A stretch of DNA of 32,538 bases from a bacterium (GCA_037446635.1 JBBIIG010000043.1:1-32538); one strand, 5' to 3'. Shown: positions 1 to 8,556, counted from the stretch's first letter. Program-made: numbers and translations. The notes: generated by a model not told the origin, from the sequence alone.

Positions 1-1
1 A

Positions 2-1294
2 TGGTTTGAGCTGCGTCTGTCGTTTCCCCACAGTTTGGCGAGCTGGGCGATTTTGCTCGGTGGCGTCGTAGCGGTCGGAATTTTGGGCGGCGGCTATCCC
101 GCATTTTTCCTGTCCGCGTTTCAACCGGCCAGCGCCTTGAAATCAAAATTCAAAGCCGGCGGCCACAACTCTTTTTTGCGGCAAGCGCTGGTGGTGGCGC
201 AATTCACGGTGTCGATCGTTTTGATCATCTCCACGCTGGTGATCGCGCGGCAGATGGAGTTTGTGCGTAACAAAAAGCTCGGCTTCGACAAAGAGCAGAT
301 CGTGCTGGTGGATGTCAACAGCCGGGAGTTATATCAGAATCGCGACCGCTTCAAAGAGGAGCTGCTGCGCCACGCGGAGGTTGTAAGCGTGTCGGCGATG
401 TCCGGCGAGCCGGGCGGCTTTCACGACCACTTCGGCTTCGAGATCCTCAGCAGGCCCGGCGACTCGTGGCGCATGCGAACCGTTTTCACCGATTACGATT
501 ATTGCAAAACATTCGGGCTGCAAATCGTGGCGGGCCGGGACTTCTCGAAGGAGTATGGCACCGATGCCAAGGCCGTTCTGCTCAACGAAACCGCGGTGAG
601 AGAGTTAGGATGGACTAATAAAGAAGCGCTCGGCCAGCAGATGGTCATCACGCTGCTCGACTCCACGCGGCGACATGTGGTGGGAGTGGTGGCGGATTTC
701 CATTTCGCGTCATTGAAAAATGAAATCGAGCCGATGGCGATTTCGGTTGTAGATGACCATCGAGTCATCGCCACGAAGATCCGCATCGGCGATCTTCAGC
801 GCACGCTCGGAATGATTGAAAACGCCTACTCCAACGCCGCGCCCGGCTATCCGTTCGCTTATCGGTTCCTTGACGAAAGTTTCGACCGGCTCTATCGCGC
901 CGAACAGAAGCAGCAGAAAATTTTCACCGTGTTTGCAGCCCTGGCAATTTTCATCGCGTGTCTGGGATTGTATGCGCTCGCCGCATTCAGCGCCGAGCAG
1001 CGCACCAAAGAGATCGGCATTCGCAAAGTGCTGGGCTCGACGGTCTTTGGAGTTGTCAAACTATTATCAAAGGACTTTGTGAAGCTGGTGGCGCTGGCCA
1101 GTTTCATCGCGGTTCCGCTCGGCTATTTTGCGATGAATCGCTGGCTGCAGGAGTTCGCTTATCGCACGACGATTGGAGTGGATGTCTTTGCAATTGCCTG
1201 TGTCGCCGGACTGGTGATCAGTCTGGCTACGGTGAGCCATCAGGCCATCAAAGCGGCGCTGGCGAATCCGGTGGAGGCGCTGCGGTATGAATGA
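2..1294 (+). CDS. ABC transporter permease, MacB/FtsX-like (5'-truncated by the window edge)
   Basis: Frame is open from position 2. Motifs LVVAQFTVSIVLIISTLVI, KKLGFDKEQ, VVGVVADFHFASLK, AIFIACLGLYAL, EQRTKEIGIRKVLG and C-terminal ANPVEALRYE. Confidence 0.95.
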   Translation, partial: WFELRLSFPHSLASWAILLGGVVAVGILGGGYPAFFLSAFQPASALKSKFKAGGHNSFLRQALVVAQFTVSIVLIISTLVIARQMEFVRNKKLGFDKEQIVLVDVNSRELYQNRDRFKEELLRHAEVVSVSAMSGEPGGFHDHFGFEILSRPGDSWRMRTVFTDYDYCKTFGLQIVAGRDFSKEYGTDAKAVLLNETAVRELGWTNKEALGQQMVITLLDSTRRHVVGVVADFHFASLKNEIEPMAISVVDDHRVIATKIRIGDLQRTLGMIENAYSNAAPGYPFAYRFLDESFDRLYRAEQKQQKIFTVFAALAIFIACLGLYALAAFSAEQRTKEIGIRKVLGSTVFGVVKLLSKDFVKLVALASFIAVPLGYFAMNRWLQEFAYRTTIGVDVFAIACVAGLVISLATVSHQAIKAALANPVEALRYE

Positions 1295-1436
1295 GCAGAG
1301 CGCAAAGCGCATAGCGCAGAGCGAAAAAAGCGTGGCCTTACACTCATCGCTCTGCGAAATTCAAAACGCCATGCGTTTGCTCTCTGCGCTCTGCCACCGA
1401 CCACGGACAACTGACAGATGACAAATGACAACTCAC
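1295..1436. repeat. Heptamer tandem-repeat arrays: inverted GCAnAGC arms plus an nnnnGAC array
   Basis: gcagagc-gcaaagc-gcatagc-gcagagc (1295-1322) is inverted against ...tctctgc-gctctgc (~1367-1394). It is followed by caccgac-cacggac-aactgac-agatgac-aaatgac-aactcac (1395-1436). Confidence 0.85.
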
Positions 1437-1449
1437 AAAGGAGAACACC

Positions 1450-1668
1450 ATGAGCCTCAAAGAAATCCTGCAAAAAATAGTCGATAGCGGCGACGCAATC
1501 ACGCTGAGTGACAGCGAGAAAGATTGGAAAGCCAGCGATCTGTTGAACGGACTTTCCGAGCGGATGTTGAAAACCCGCGCCCATCACCAGCAGGGAATGT
1601 ATATTGCCGAAATCAATGAAGCGGGGTATCTCGGAAGGGTGATGTTTCGAGTGAAACAGAGCGCTTAG
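1450..1668 (+). CDS. Small hypothetical protein (72 aa)
   Basis: AAGGAG Shine-Dalgarno just upstream of the ATG; protein-like composition; fills the gap between the permease and msrA. Confidence 0.75.
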   Translation: MSLKEILQKIVDSGDAITLSDSEKDWKASDLLNGLSERMLKTRAHHQQGMYIAEINEAGYLGRVMFRVKQSA

Positions 1669-1748
1669 CGAGGAGCGAGAGAGCGAAGAGCGATTCCAAT
1701 CAATTTTGCCGAATAAGATAAGCTATCGGAAAATGAAAGGAACCGAAA

Positions 1749-2309
1749 ATGACAGATAAATCTCGAAATTCAAATTTCGAAGTCGCCACACTGGGCGGCG
1801 GCTGTTTCTGGTGTTTGGAGGCGGTTTATGATCAGCTCAAAGGGGTGGTGAGTGTGGAGTCCGGTTACTCCGGCGGCAAGACCACCAATCCCACTTACCG
1901 CGAAGTGTGCAGCGGCAGCACCGGCCACGCCGAGGTGGTGCGGATTACTTTTGATCCGGCGGTGATTTCTTTTGCCGAAATTCTCGAAGTGTTCTTCGCG
2001 ATCCACGATCCCACGACCTTGAACCGGCAGGGAAATGACATTGGCAGCCAGTACCGCTCAGTGATTTTTTATCACTCACCGGCGCAAAGGGCCATTGCGG
2101 AGAAAACGATTGCCGAAATCACCGCGGCGAAAATTTGGGACAAGCCCATTGTCACCGAAATCGTCCCCTTTCAAAGATTTTACATCGCCGAAGATTACCA
2201 CCAGGAATATTTTGAAAACAATCCGGGGCAGCCGTATTGCCAGGTGGTAGTAGCTCCGAAGGTGGCGAAGTTCCGGCAGAAGTTTTTGCAGAAGTTGAAG
2301 AAAGGATAG
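1749..2309 (+). CDS. msrA: Peptide-methionine (S)-S-oxide reductase MsrA
   Basis: GGGCFWCLE active site, [50 protein letters not shown]. Confidence 0.98.
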   Translation: MTDKSRNSNFEVATLGGGCFWCLEAVYDQLKGVVSVESGYSGGKTTNPTYREVCSGSTGHAEVVRITFDPAVISFAEILEVFFAIHDPTTLNRQGNDIGSQYRSVIFYHSPAQRAIAEKTIAEITAAKIWDKPIVTEIVPFQRFYIAEDYHQEYFENNPGQPYCQVVVAPKVAKFRQKFLQKLKKG

Positions 2310-2333
2310 AGACGAACCGGGATTCAGAGAGCA

Positions 2334-3476
2334 TTATACGATTTTCGCGCCCAGCGGCTTGCGAAACAACTCCTCGTTCGTCGGTGCCCGTTCGATGATC
2401 TTTAGCAGCGCCTGCATCGCGGTTTTGGGTTCGGCGTCCGCTAACAACCGGCGCAGACTCGCCAGCCATTTCATTTCGGCTTCACTGTACAGTAGTTCCT
2501 CTTTGCGCGTGCCGCTTTTTGGGATGTTGATGGCGGGAAAAATTCTTGCTTCGGCGAGGGCGCGGTCCAGCACAATCTCGCTGTTGCCCGTGCCCTTGAA
2601 TTCCTCGAAGATCAATTCGTCCATGCGCGAGCCGGTTTCGATGAGCGCCGTGGCGATGACGGTTACCGAGCCGCCGTGTTCGATGTTGCGCGCCAGCCCA
2701 AAAAATTTTCGGGGGATTTCCAGCGCTCGCGAATCGAGGCCGCCAGTGAGGGTGCGGCTGCCGCTGGCGCCGCGCTTGTTGAAAGCACGTCCCATGCGGG
2801 TTATACTGTCCACCAACACCACCACGTCGCGGCCGCACTCCAGCTCGCAGCGCACGTGCGCCAGCGTCAATTCTGCTAAATTGACGTGGGAATCAAAACT
2901 TTGATCGCTGGAGCTGGCCAGAACTTCCGCGCTCGTTTGGCGGACGAAATGCGTCACCTCCTCCGGACGTTCGTCGATCAGTAAAATGATAATTCGCGCC
3001 GCGGGATCGCTGGCGTGAATGGCGTTGGCAATTTCTTCCAACATGCGGGTTTTGCCGGCTTTGGGCGGCGAGACGATCATCCCCCGCGTGCCTTTGCCAA
3101 TCGGGGCGATCAACTCGATGACGCGCATCGAGAGGTTGCCGCTCTCGCCCAAGCGAAAACGCTCCGCAGGGTCGATGGGGATCAGCCGCTCAAATCGCGT
3201 GCGGCCTTGAAATTCTGCCGGCGTCAGGCCGCACACCGAATCGACCGAGACCAGTTGCCGCCCCTTATCGGCTTGCCGCGACTCGCCGGTGACCACTGCG
3301 CCGGCCACCAGCCCGTGATCTTTAATCATTTTTGGAGAAACCCAAACATCTTCTGAACTGGGCTGGAACGAGCGCTCCGGGTTCCGCAAAAAACCGCTGC
3401 CCTTGGGCAGCAATTGCAGAACGCCGCTAACTGGCTGTGGATGATCAGAGATCATTTTGAAATTCTTCTTCTCCAT
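2334..3476 (-). CDS. rho: Transcription termination factor Rho, short divergent form lacking the N-terminal helical subdomain (probable second copy)
   Basis: Walker A SPPKAGKT, LLIDERPEEVT, DSITRMGRAFN, ARNIEHGGSVTVIATALIETGSRMDELIFEEFKGTGN, FPAINIPKSGTRKEELL. The OB-fold motif GVLQLLPKGSGFLR starts at about residue 18. Confidence 0.93.
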   Translation of the reverse strand: MEKKNFKMISDHPQPVSGVLQLLPKGSGFLRNPERSFQPSSEDVWVSPKMIKDHGLVAGAVVTGESRQADKGRQLVSVDSVCGLTPAEFQGRTRFERLIPIDPAERFRLGESGNLSMRVIELIAPIGKGTRGMIVSPPKAGKTRMLEEIANAIHASDPAARIIILLIDERPEEVTHFVRQTSAEVLASSSDQSFDSHVNLAELTLAHVRCELECGRDVVVLVDSITRMGRAFNKRGASGSRTLTGGLDSRALEIPRKFFGLARNIEHGGSVTVIATALIETGSRMDELIFEEFKGTGNSEIVLDRALAEARIFPAINIPKSGTRKEELLYSEAEMKWLASLRRLLADAEPKTAMQALLKIIERAPTNEELFRKPLGAKIV

Positions 3477-3749
3477 TGTGTTAGAACCCGAATGGTGTTG
3501 TTAAACGGGTAAGCCGTCCTGACGCTTCGGGGATGGCGGGAGCCTTTTGCCTATGCGGTCTTTTGTTGACTCCCCGAATATCCGCAACCGCCCGCAAATA
3601 TGCAAGCATAATTCTGTTCGCAAACGAACAGGTTCTGCCATGCCAGCGGACAGCCTCGCTTCGCTCAAACTTTCATGCAATCATAGATTTTTACAAAACA
3701 CCCGACAGGCATGATTTTTGGAGAAGCTGTTTAGCCTGATTAATTCATG

Positions 3750-3902
3750 AACCGCAGAGCGCGCAGAGGCCGCGGAGTTGTTTCTGTTAGATTTACAGAG
3801 CCAGCCTGCAATGCAGAAAAAAGATGGTGTTTTGCTTTCCTGGACGCCTGAGTTAATTGTTTTTATTTAGCCTCTGCGCTCTCAGCGATCTCTGCGGCCG
3901 GT
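3750..3902. repeat. Inverted pair of ~9-bp-period CGCAGAG arrays (miniature palindromic element)
   Basis: aaccgcagagcgcgcagaggccgcggag (3750-3778) versus ctctgcgctctcagcgatctctgcggccggtt (3872-3902), enclosing about 90 bp. Confidence 0.75.
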
Positions 3903-3915
3903 TGCGTATTTTATA

Positions 3916-4080
3916 ATGAATCTCTGGCTGCAGGATTTTGCTTACCGCGTGGAGATCAACTGGCTGGTGTTTGTTTTGGCAAGTGCGGCGACGCTGGCGA
4001 TTGCTGTCGTCACGGTCAGCTCGCAGGCCCTCCGGACGGCGCCGCTGGCGAATGCGGTGGACAGCTTGAGATATGAGTAG
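3916..4080 (+). pseudogene. Orphan C-terminal fragment (54 aa) of a MacB/FtsX-type ABC permease
   Basis: Translates MNLWLQDFAYRVEINWLVFVLASAATLAIAVVTVSSQALRTAPLANAVDSLRYE*, colinear with the last TM helix and LRYE end of the permease at 2..1294. No upstream permease sequence; absent from the ORF track because it is under 60 aa. Confidence 0.85.
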
Positions 4081-4091
4081 GACGAAACCTG

Positions 4092-4505
4092 CTATTGATA
4101 CAACTTCAGGAAAACAGATAAACCCGTGAATAACGTCATCCACAAAGAAATTACCCAAATAATAATGGAAATTCTCTTGTTCGTATCTTCAAAACGTTTA
4201 TTCATATCTTCAAAGCGCTTGTTCATGTCTTCAAAGCGCTTGTTTATATCTTCAAAGCGCTTGTTTATATCTTCAAAGCGTTTGTTTACATCCTCGAAGC
4301 GCTTGTTTATATTTTCAAACCCGATTTTTACGGTCTCTGCTAACAGTTTCAATTGGCTGCCTAATTCCAAAAAGCGGCTATTGATCTCTTCGCGCTCCAA
4401 AATATTATGAACAAGAATAGATATATAGTTGTGCAAAGACTTTTTATTCTTTACTTCAACGGCGTCTTCAAGCTCGGATTCGAGTATTTCGGCTAAATTT
4501 TTCAT
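4092..4505 (-). CDS. Coiled-coil protein with NKRFED[IVMT] heptad repeats and a C-terminal TM anchor (Bdr/DUF1640-like architecture)
   Basis: Six complete NKRFEDx heptads followed by hydrophobic ISIIIWVISLWMTLFTGLSVFL; clearly AT-rich compared with its flanks; has its own promoter. Confidence 0.85.
   Translation of the reverse strand: MKNLAEILESELEDAVEVKNKKSLHNYISILVHNILEREEINSRFLELGSQLKLLAETVKIGFENINKRFEDVNKRFEDINKRFEDINKRFEDMNKRFEDMNKRFEDTNKRISIIIWVISLWMTLFTGLSVFLKLYQ
4174..4320. repeat. Coding 21-bp tandem repeat (about 7 units) inside the KRFED gene
   Basis: Unit approximately tcttcaaagcgcttgtttata, repeated head to tail with no spacers. Confidence 0.9.
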
Positions 4506-4537
4506 TTAGTCATTTTCATTTAAAAAGTAGTGTTGGA

Positions 4538-4566
4538 AATATAATAAAAAGAACATGAGTGTGCAA
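4538..4566 (-). promoter_or_regulatory. Sigma70-like promoter for the KRFED-repeat gene
   Basis: Minus strand TTGCAC-N17-TATATT, about 33 bp upstream of the ATG at 4505. Confidence 0.6.
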
Positions 4567-4712
4567 ACACAATTATTTTGTAATGCGGGGGGAGGTCGTT
4601 ACGCTCTCCGCTCTCTCGCTCTTTGCTCTACGGACTTTACCGCATGCTCTGCGCAACGGACGACTGACAACGACCACTAACCCCGTACAAACCAACTGAG
4701 GAGTGACCAACC

Positions 4713-4991
4713 ATGAACGACATTTGCGTGCCCCTGCCTAGATTTGAATCCGCGAAAACCGCTGAGGTGCAAGTGAAGATTGCCAACGGCGAGCTCCGCC
4801 ATTTCAACTATCGCGTGGAGTCATTTGAGTGGATGCCGGAGCCGGAGTTTGGGGAGGAACGCATCGAGAGACTTAAAAATCAAATTCAAAATTACGATCG
4901 CAATTGGGAGTTGATTCAAATCTACAATCCCGGACCCAACGATCGTTTCATTCACGTTTTGTTTCGCGCCCGGCCGGCGCTGGTGAATTGA
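4713..4991 (+). CDS. Hypothetical protein (92 aa)
   Basis: GAGGAG SD upstream of the ATG; globular-looking sequence (FNYRVESFEW, YDRNWELIQIYNP, IHVLFR). Confidence 0.8.
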   Translation: MNDICVPLPRFESAKTAEVQVKIANGELRHFNYRVESFEWMPEPEFGEERIERLKNQIQNYDRNWELIQIYNPGPNDRFIHVLFRARPALVN

Positions 4992-5184
4992 AGGCAGACG
5001 GCAAACGGCAGAGGGCAGACGTAAGTCGTAAAACGGAAATCGTTCTCCAGATTGGCTACCCTCGTGAGACGTGAGATGTGAGAAGAAAGCTCTACCTCTC
5101 TCTACCTCTCGCTCCCACGCCCTCTCGCTCCCACGCTCAGCGTGGGAGCGAGAGGATTCACATCTGCCGTTTGCCCTCTGCCGC
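4991..5184. repeat. Nested intergenic repeat element: inverted ACGGCAG heptamer arms enclosing a CGTGAGA array and a perfect 17-bp hairpin
   Basis: aaggcag-acggcaa-acggcag-agggcag (4991-5018) versus ctgccgt-ttgccct-ctgccgc (5164-5184). Hairpin cctctcgctcccacgct-c-agcgtgggagcgagagg at 5121-5155. Confidence 0.9.
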
Positions 5185-5190
5185 TTCACT

Positions 5191-8100
5191 TCAATTGAAC
5201 AAATACCGCAGCCCCACCTGAATGCGCCAGCGCGACAACTGGCTGGGATCGTCCACAAAAGTTTTTTCCGGTCCCACAAAATTAAACACTGGCGCGCCTT
5301 GTTGATTGAACTCAACCAGTTCAAGCGGGCGGGTGGCTCGGGAGTCCGCCACTTTGCGCACGCCCCAATCTGAGCTCAGCAAATTGCCGACGTTCAAAAT
5401 ATCGAAACTCAATTGGAAGGTGTGCTTCTGGCTGCCAAATTTCAAAGCAAAATCCTGCAGAATGCGCAAATCGATGTTGCTGTACCAGGGGTTGATGAGG
5501 CCAAAACGCTCGGCAATTTCCCCGCGATGCGAACTCAGATAATCATCCTGTTCGATGAACGCCTCGAAGGCCGCGGCTTGTTGGGCGGCGGTCATTCCAC
5601 CGGGAATATCCGCAAACAGGATCTCGTTGGGGTCGTTGGCGTTGCGCGGAATATAAATGAGATCGTTGGAGAAGCCGTCGCCGTTCACGTCGCCGGCGTA
5701 GAGCACAGAAAAACGGTTGCCGCCGTTGAGGAAGGCGTTTCCCTCCGCCACTTCGAAAAATAGACCGAAACTGGTGGCGAGATTCTCGGACCACTGGTGG
5801 CGATAATGTCCGCCGCCCACGATGCGGTGGCGCTGGCCGAATTCGGCAAAACTCAATTCCGGCCTGTTGGGGTCGCCCTGCACCGGGTTTTCCTGAAATA
5901 AAACGGAAGCGATCTCAGTGGTTTTATGCTTATTGCGCGCCTCGGTGTAGCTGTAGGACAGGGAGGTGGACAGGCCAAAATCAAACGTCTTCCGCAGTTG
6001 CGCGGTTAAGTTGAAGTTCCAGCCGGCGCTGGTGTTGTCGATGACATACACGCCTTCCCCAGAGCCAGGGAAAAACGAGTTGAGCTCGTTGTTGCCAACG
6101 CCACCAAAAAACGGCCGGCCATCGGGTAAAGTTCGAACTGGGCGAACCAGGTCGGCGTTGCGCATGAAAATGGCGTTGATATCTTTGCCGTACAGCAGCT
6201 CGAGCGTGCCCAACATATCCCACGGCAGTTTGTGATCCACCGCGATGTTGGTGTTCCACACTTGCGGCCATTTGAAATCCGGGTCCATGACGTTGAGGTC
6301 GAAGGATTGCTGCAGAATGGAGTCATCGCTGGTGCGGTGGGATTCCGGAACCTGCTCCAGCGGTATAGCCGGAAATAGGTTCGGGTTGTTTCCCGGATTG
6401 GAGATGACGTTGCCGATCCACACAAACGGCACGCGCCCGGTGAAAATGCCGGTGCCGCCGCGCAGTTGGGTGGAGCGGTTGCCGGTGACGTCCCAATTGA
6501 AGCCGATACGCGGGGAAAACAGCGGCGTGGCCCCCGGCAGGTCGCTCTGATCCAGGGTTTCTGGATTGTCGTTTTCATCCAGCAGGGTCAGGCTGCGCGA
6601 AAAGGGATTGTCCACCGGGTCGGTAAAATACATCGGAAAATCCACCCGCAGGCCGTAGGTGAGGTTGACGTTTTTCGATACCAAAAACTCGTCCTGGGCG
6701 TAGAGGGAGAACTGGCCGACGTCGATGTTCTCGCCCTTGAAGGGTCGGCCCGCCGTGGCGCTGACGAGCGCGTTGAAATCATAAAAGTCCGGACTGTTCG
6801 GGTCGGTGCGTTCCATGAATTCAGCGACGGATTCAAAGGTGGTGGCGCCGAGAAAATCGAGCTCGTCCGGCAGGAAGAAAATTCCGTAGCGGAAAATGTT
6901 GAACGAATTAAAGAAAGAGAAATGCTCGTAGCTGGCGCCGAAGGTGAGCACGTGTTTGCCGCTAAACCAGCTAAAATTATTGGTGAACTGGAAAACATCC
7001 TGATCGAGGATGTTGTGAATCGAGAACGGCTCGTGGCCCACCGTGGTATAGGTTACGCCATTTTCCTCAATTTGAATTGTCGGGAACGGCTCGCTGAACG
7101 GGTTGCGAAAATCGCGGAAGCGGTTGTAGCTGAAAAAGAAACGGTTGGCGTATTGCCGGCCGCGGCTGTTAAGCTCCAGGGCGAAGGAATGCAGCTCGTT
7201 GTTGATCTGGTATCCTGAATTTTGGAAAGGCAAGCTGTTCTCGTTGGGGCCGCGGCCGCCGGCGGCAAGCACAAACGGGTGCGGCGGCAAGTCGCGGCGG
7301 GCGTCGAGAAAATTATAGCGGAAGGTGAGGTTGTTTCTCTCGTTGATGTTCCAATCTAACTTCAGCAGCAGCTTGTCGTTGTCGGTTTCGTGAACGAAGC
7401 CCTCAAAGCCGCCGGGATCGTAACCATAAACGTCTATCATCCGTTGGCGGATCTGATTCATGGTCTCGAAGTTGACGCGCGAGACGCCTAATGGCAGCGG
7501 CCCGGTGCGGTTGGCCACGCGGTCGGCCACGAAGTTGGTGCCCGGAACATCCGTGCGCTCCAGCTCGCCATTGACGAAGAAAAAGAGCTTGTTGCGAATG
7601 AGCGGCCCGCTGAGCGTGAAGCCCGATTGGTTGAACGACAAATCGGGGTTGGCGATCACCCGTTCCCCGCTGACTTTGTTGCCCTGCAGGCTTTCATTTC
7701 TAAGAAAAGTATAACCCGAGCCCTGAAATTGGTTGCTGCCGCTTTTGGTTACGGTGTTGACGCTGGCGCCGGTGAACCCGCTTTGCCGCACGTCAAACGG
7801 CGCGATGGAAACCTGCACCTGCTCCACGGCGTCGTAGGGCACGGGCTCGGCGTTGGTTTGGCCGCCGGGCGCCGGGTCGTCCAATCCAAAGGGATTGTTG
7901 AAGTAAGAGCCATCCAGCGAGATGTTGTTGAACAGCCAGTTGCGGCCGTTGAAACTGTAGTTGCCATCGTTGCGGGGATCGAGGCGGATGAGGTCGCGGG
8001 TGCTGCGCTTGATCGATGGCAGGTCTTTCACTTGCTCGGAGTTGATGAACGTGGCCGCGCCGGTGCGGTTGGCGTTGAACACTTCATCCTGCTCCGCGGT

Positions 8101-8493
8101 CACCTGGATGGTTTCCATCTCGATGGCTTCTTCGGCCAGTTGAAAATCCAAGCGCAGGTTCTGGCCTAAATTGAGGAAGATGTTTTCTTCCTTTTGAGTT
8201 TTGTAGCCGATGAAGGTTACGGTGACGGAATAGGGCCCGCCAACTTTCATGTTGGGGATGTTGAAGACGCCGCCGGTGCGAACTGCGGTTCCGTACTGGG
8301 TGCCGCTCGGTTCGTGAACTGCCACCACGTTGGCGCCCGGCAGCGGCTCGCCTTTGGCATCCGTGACCAGGCCGTTCATGCCGGCGGTGGTGATGCCCTG
8401 CGCCAGCAGCGACTGGCTGACCATGATGGCCAACAGAAAGATCAGGCACGACATGAACAACATGACCGGTTTAATTTGACCTGCTGTGTTCAT
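5191..8493 (-). CDS. TonB-dependent receptor with N-terminal carboxypeptidase-regulatory-like domain (Oar-like)
   Basis: Signal peptide; GEPLPGANVVAVHEPSGTQY...GGPYSVTVTFIGY; plug APFDVRQSGFTGASVNTVTKSG; LFSPRIGFNWD; C-terminal RWRIQVGLRYLFN. Confidence 0.95.
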   Translation of the reverse strand: MNTAGQIKPVMLFMSCLIFLLAIMVSQSLLAQGITTAGMNGLVTDAKGEPLPGANVVAVHEPSGTQYGTAVRTGGVFNIPNMKVGGPYSVTVTFIGYKTQKEENIFLNLGQNLRLDFQLAEEAIEMETIQVTAEQDEVFNANRTGAATFINSEQVKDLPSIKRSTRDLIRLDPRNDGNYSFNGRNWLFNNISLDGSYFNNPFGLDDPAPGGQTNAEPVPYDAVEQVQVSIAPFDVRQSGFTGASVNTVTKSGSNQFQGSGYTFLRNESLQGNKVSGERVIANPDLSFNQSGFTLSGPLIRNKLFFFVNGELERTDVPGTNFVADRVANRTGPLPLGVSRVNFETMNQIRQRMIDVYGYDPGGFEGFVHETDNDKLLLKLDWNINERNNLTFRYNFLDARRDLPPHPFVLAAGGRGPNENSLPFQNSGYQINNELHSFALELNSRGRQYANRFFFSYNRFRDFRNPFSEPFPTIQIEENGVTYTTVGHEPFSIHNILDQDVFQFTNNFSWFSGKHVLTFGASYEHFSFFNSFNIFRYGIFFLPDELDFLGATTFESVAEFMERTDPNSPDFYDFNALVSATAGRPFKGENIDVGQFSLYAQDEFLVSKNVNLTYGLRVDFPMYFTDPVDNPFSRSLTLLDENDNPETLDQSDLPGATPLFSPRIGFNWDVTGNRSTQLRGGTGIFTGRVPFVWIGNVISNPGNNPNLFPAIPLEQVPESHRTSDDSILQQSFDLNVMDPDFKWPQVWNTNIAVDHKLPWDMLGTLELLYGKDINAIFMRNADLVRPVRTLPDGRPFFGGVGNNELNSFFPGSGEGVYVIDNTSAGWNFNLTAQLRKTFDFGLSTSLSYSYTEARNKHKTTEIASVLFQENPVQGDPNRPELSFAEFGQRHRIVGGGHYRHQWSENLATSFGLFFEVAEGNAFLNGGNRFSVLYAGDVNGDGFSNDLIYIPRNANDPNEILFADIPGGMTAAQQAAAFEAFIEQDDYLSSHRGEIAERFGLINPWYSNIDLRILQDFALKFGSQKHTFQLSFDILNVGNLLSSDWGVRKVADSRATRPLELVEFNQQGAPVFNFVGPEKTFVDDPSQLSRWRIQVGLRYLFN

Positions 8494-8556
8494 ACGCTCC
8501 CTCCTAAGTTAATTAAATTGTGCTGAGAAGAAATACTAAGGTGATTTGTGAGGATA

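Noticed and set aside
187..1091. E. coli Chi octamers GCTGGTGG (187-194 and 1084-1091) in a recBCD-containing window
   Set aside because: They correspond to common Leu-Val codons in GC-rich DNA, and Chi sequences are lineage-specific.
3916..4080. Permease tail duplicate as a DGR template/variable repeat pair with 1133-1294
   Set aside because: Differences are extensive and not confined to adenines; no reverse transcriptase is present in the window.
4174..4320. Regular 21-bp repeats resembling a CRISPR array
   Set aside because: The units are contiguous with no unique spacers, lie in frame in a protein gene, and no cas genes are present.
7507..7530. 12-bp tandem duplication in the TonB receptor gene (VADR-VANR)
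   Set aside because: A single short duplication in a probable loop; not palindromic and not related to the element families.
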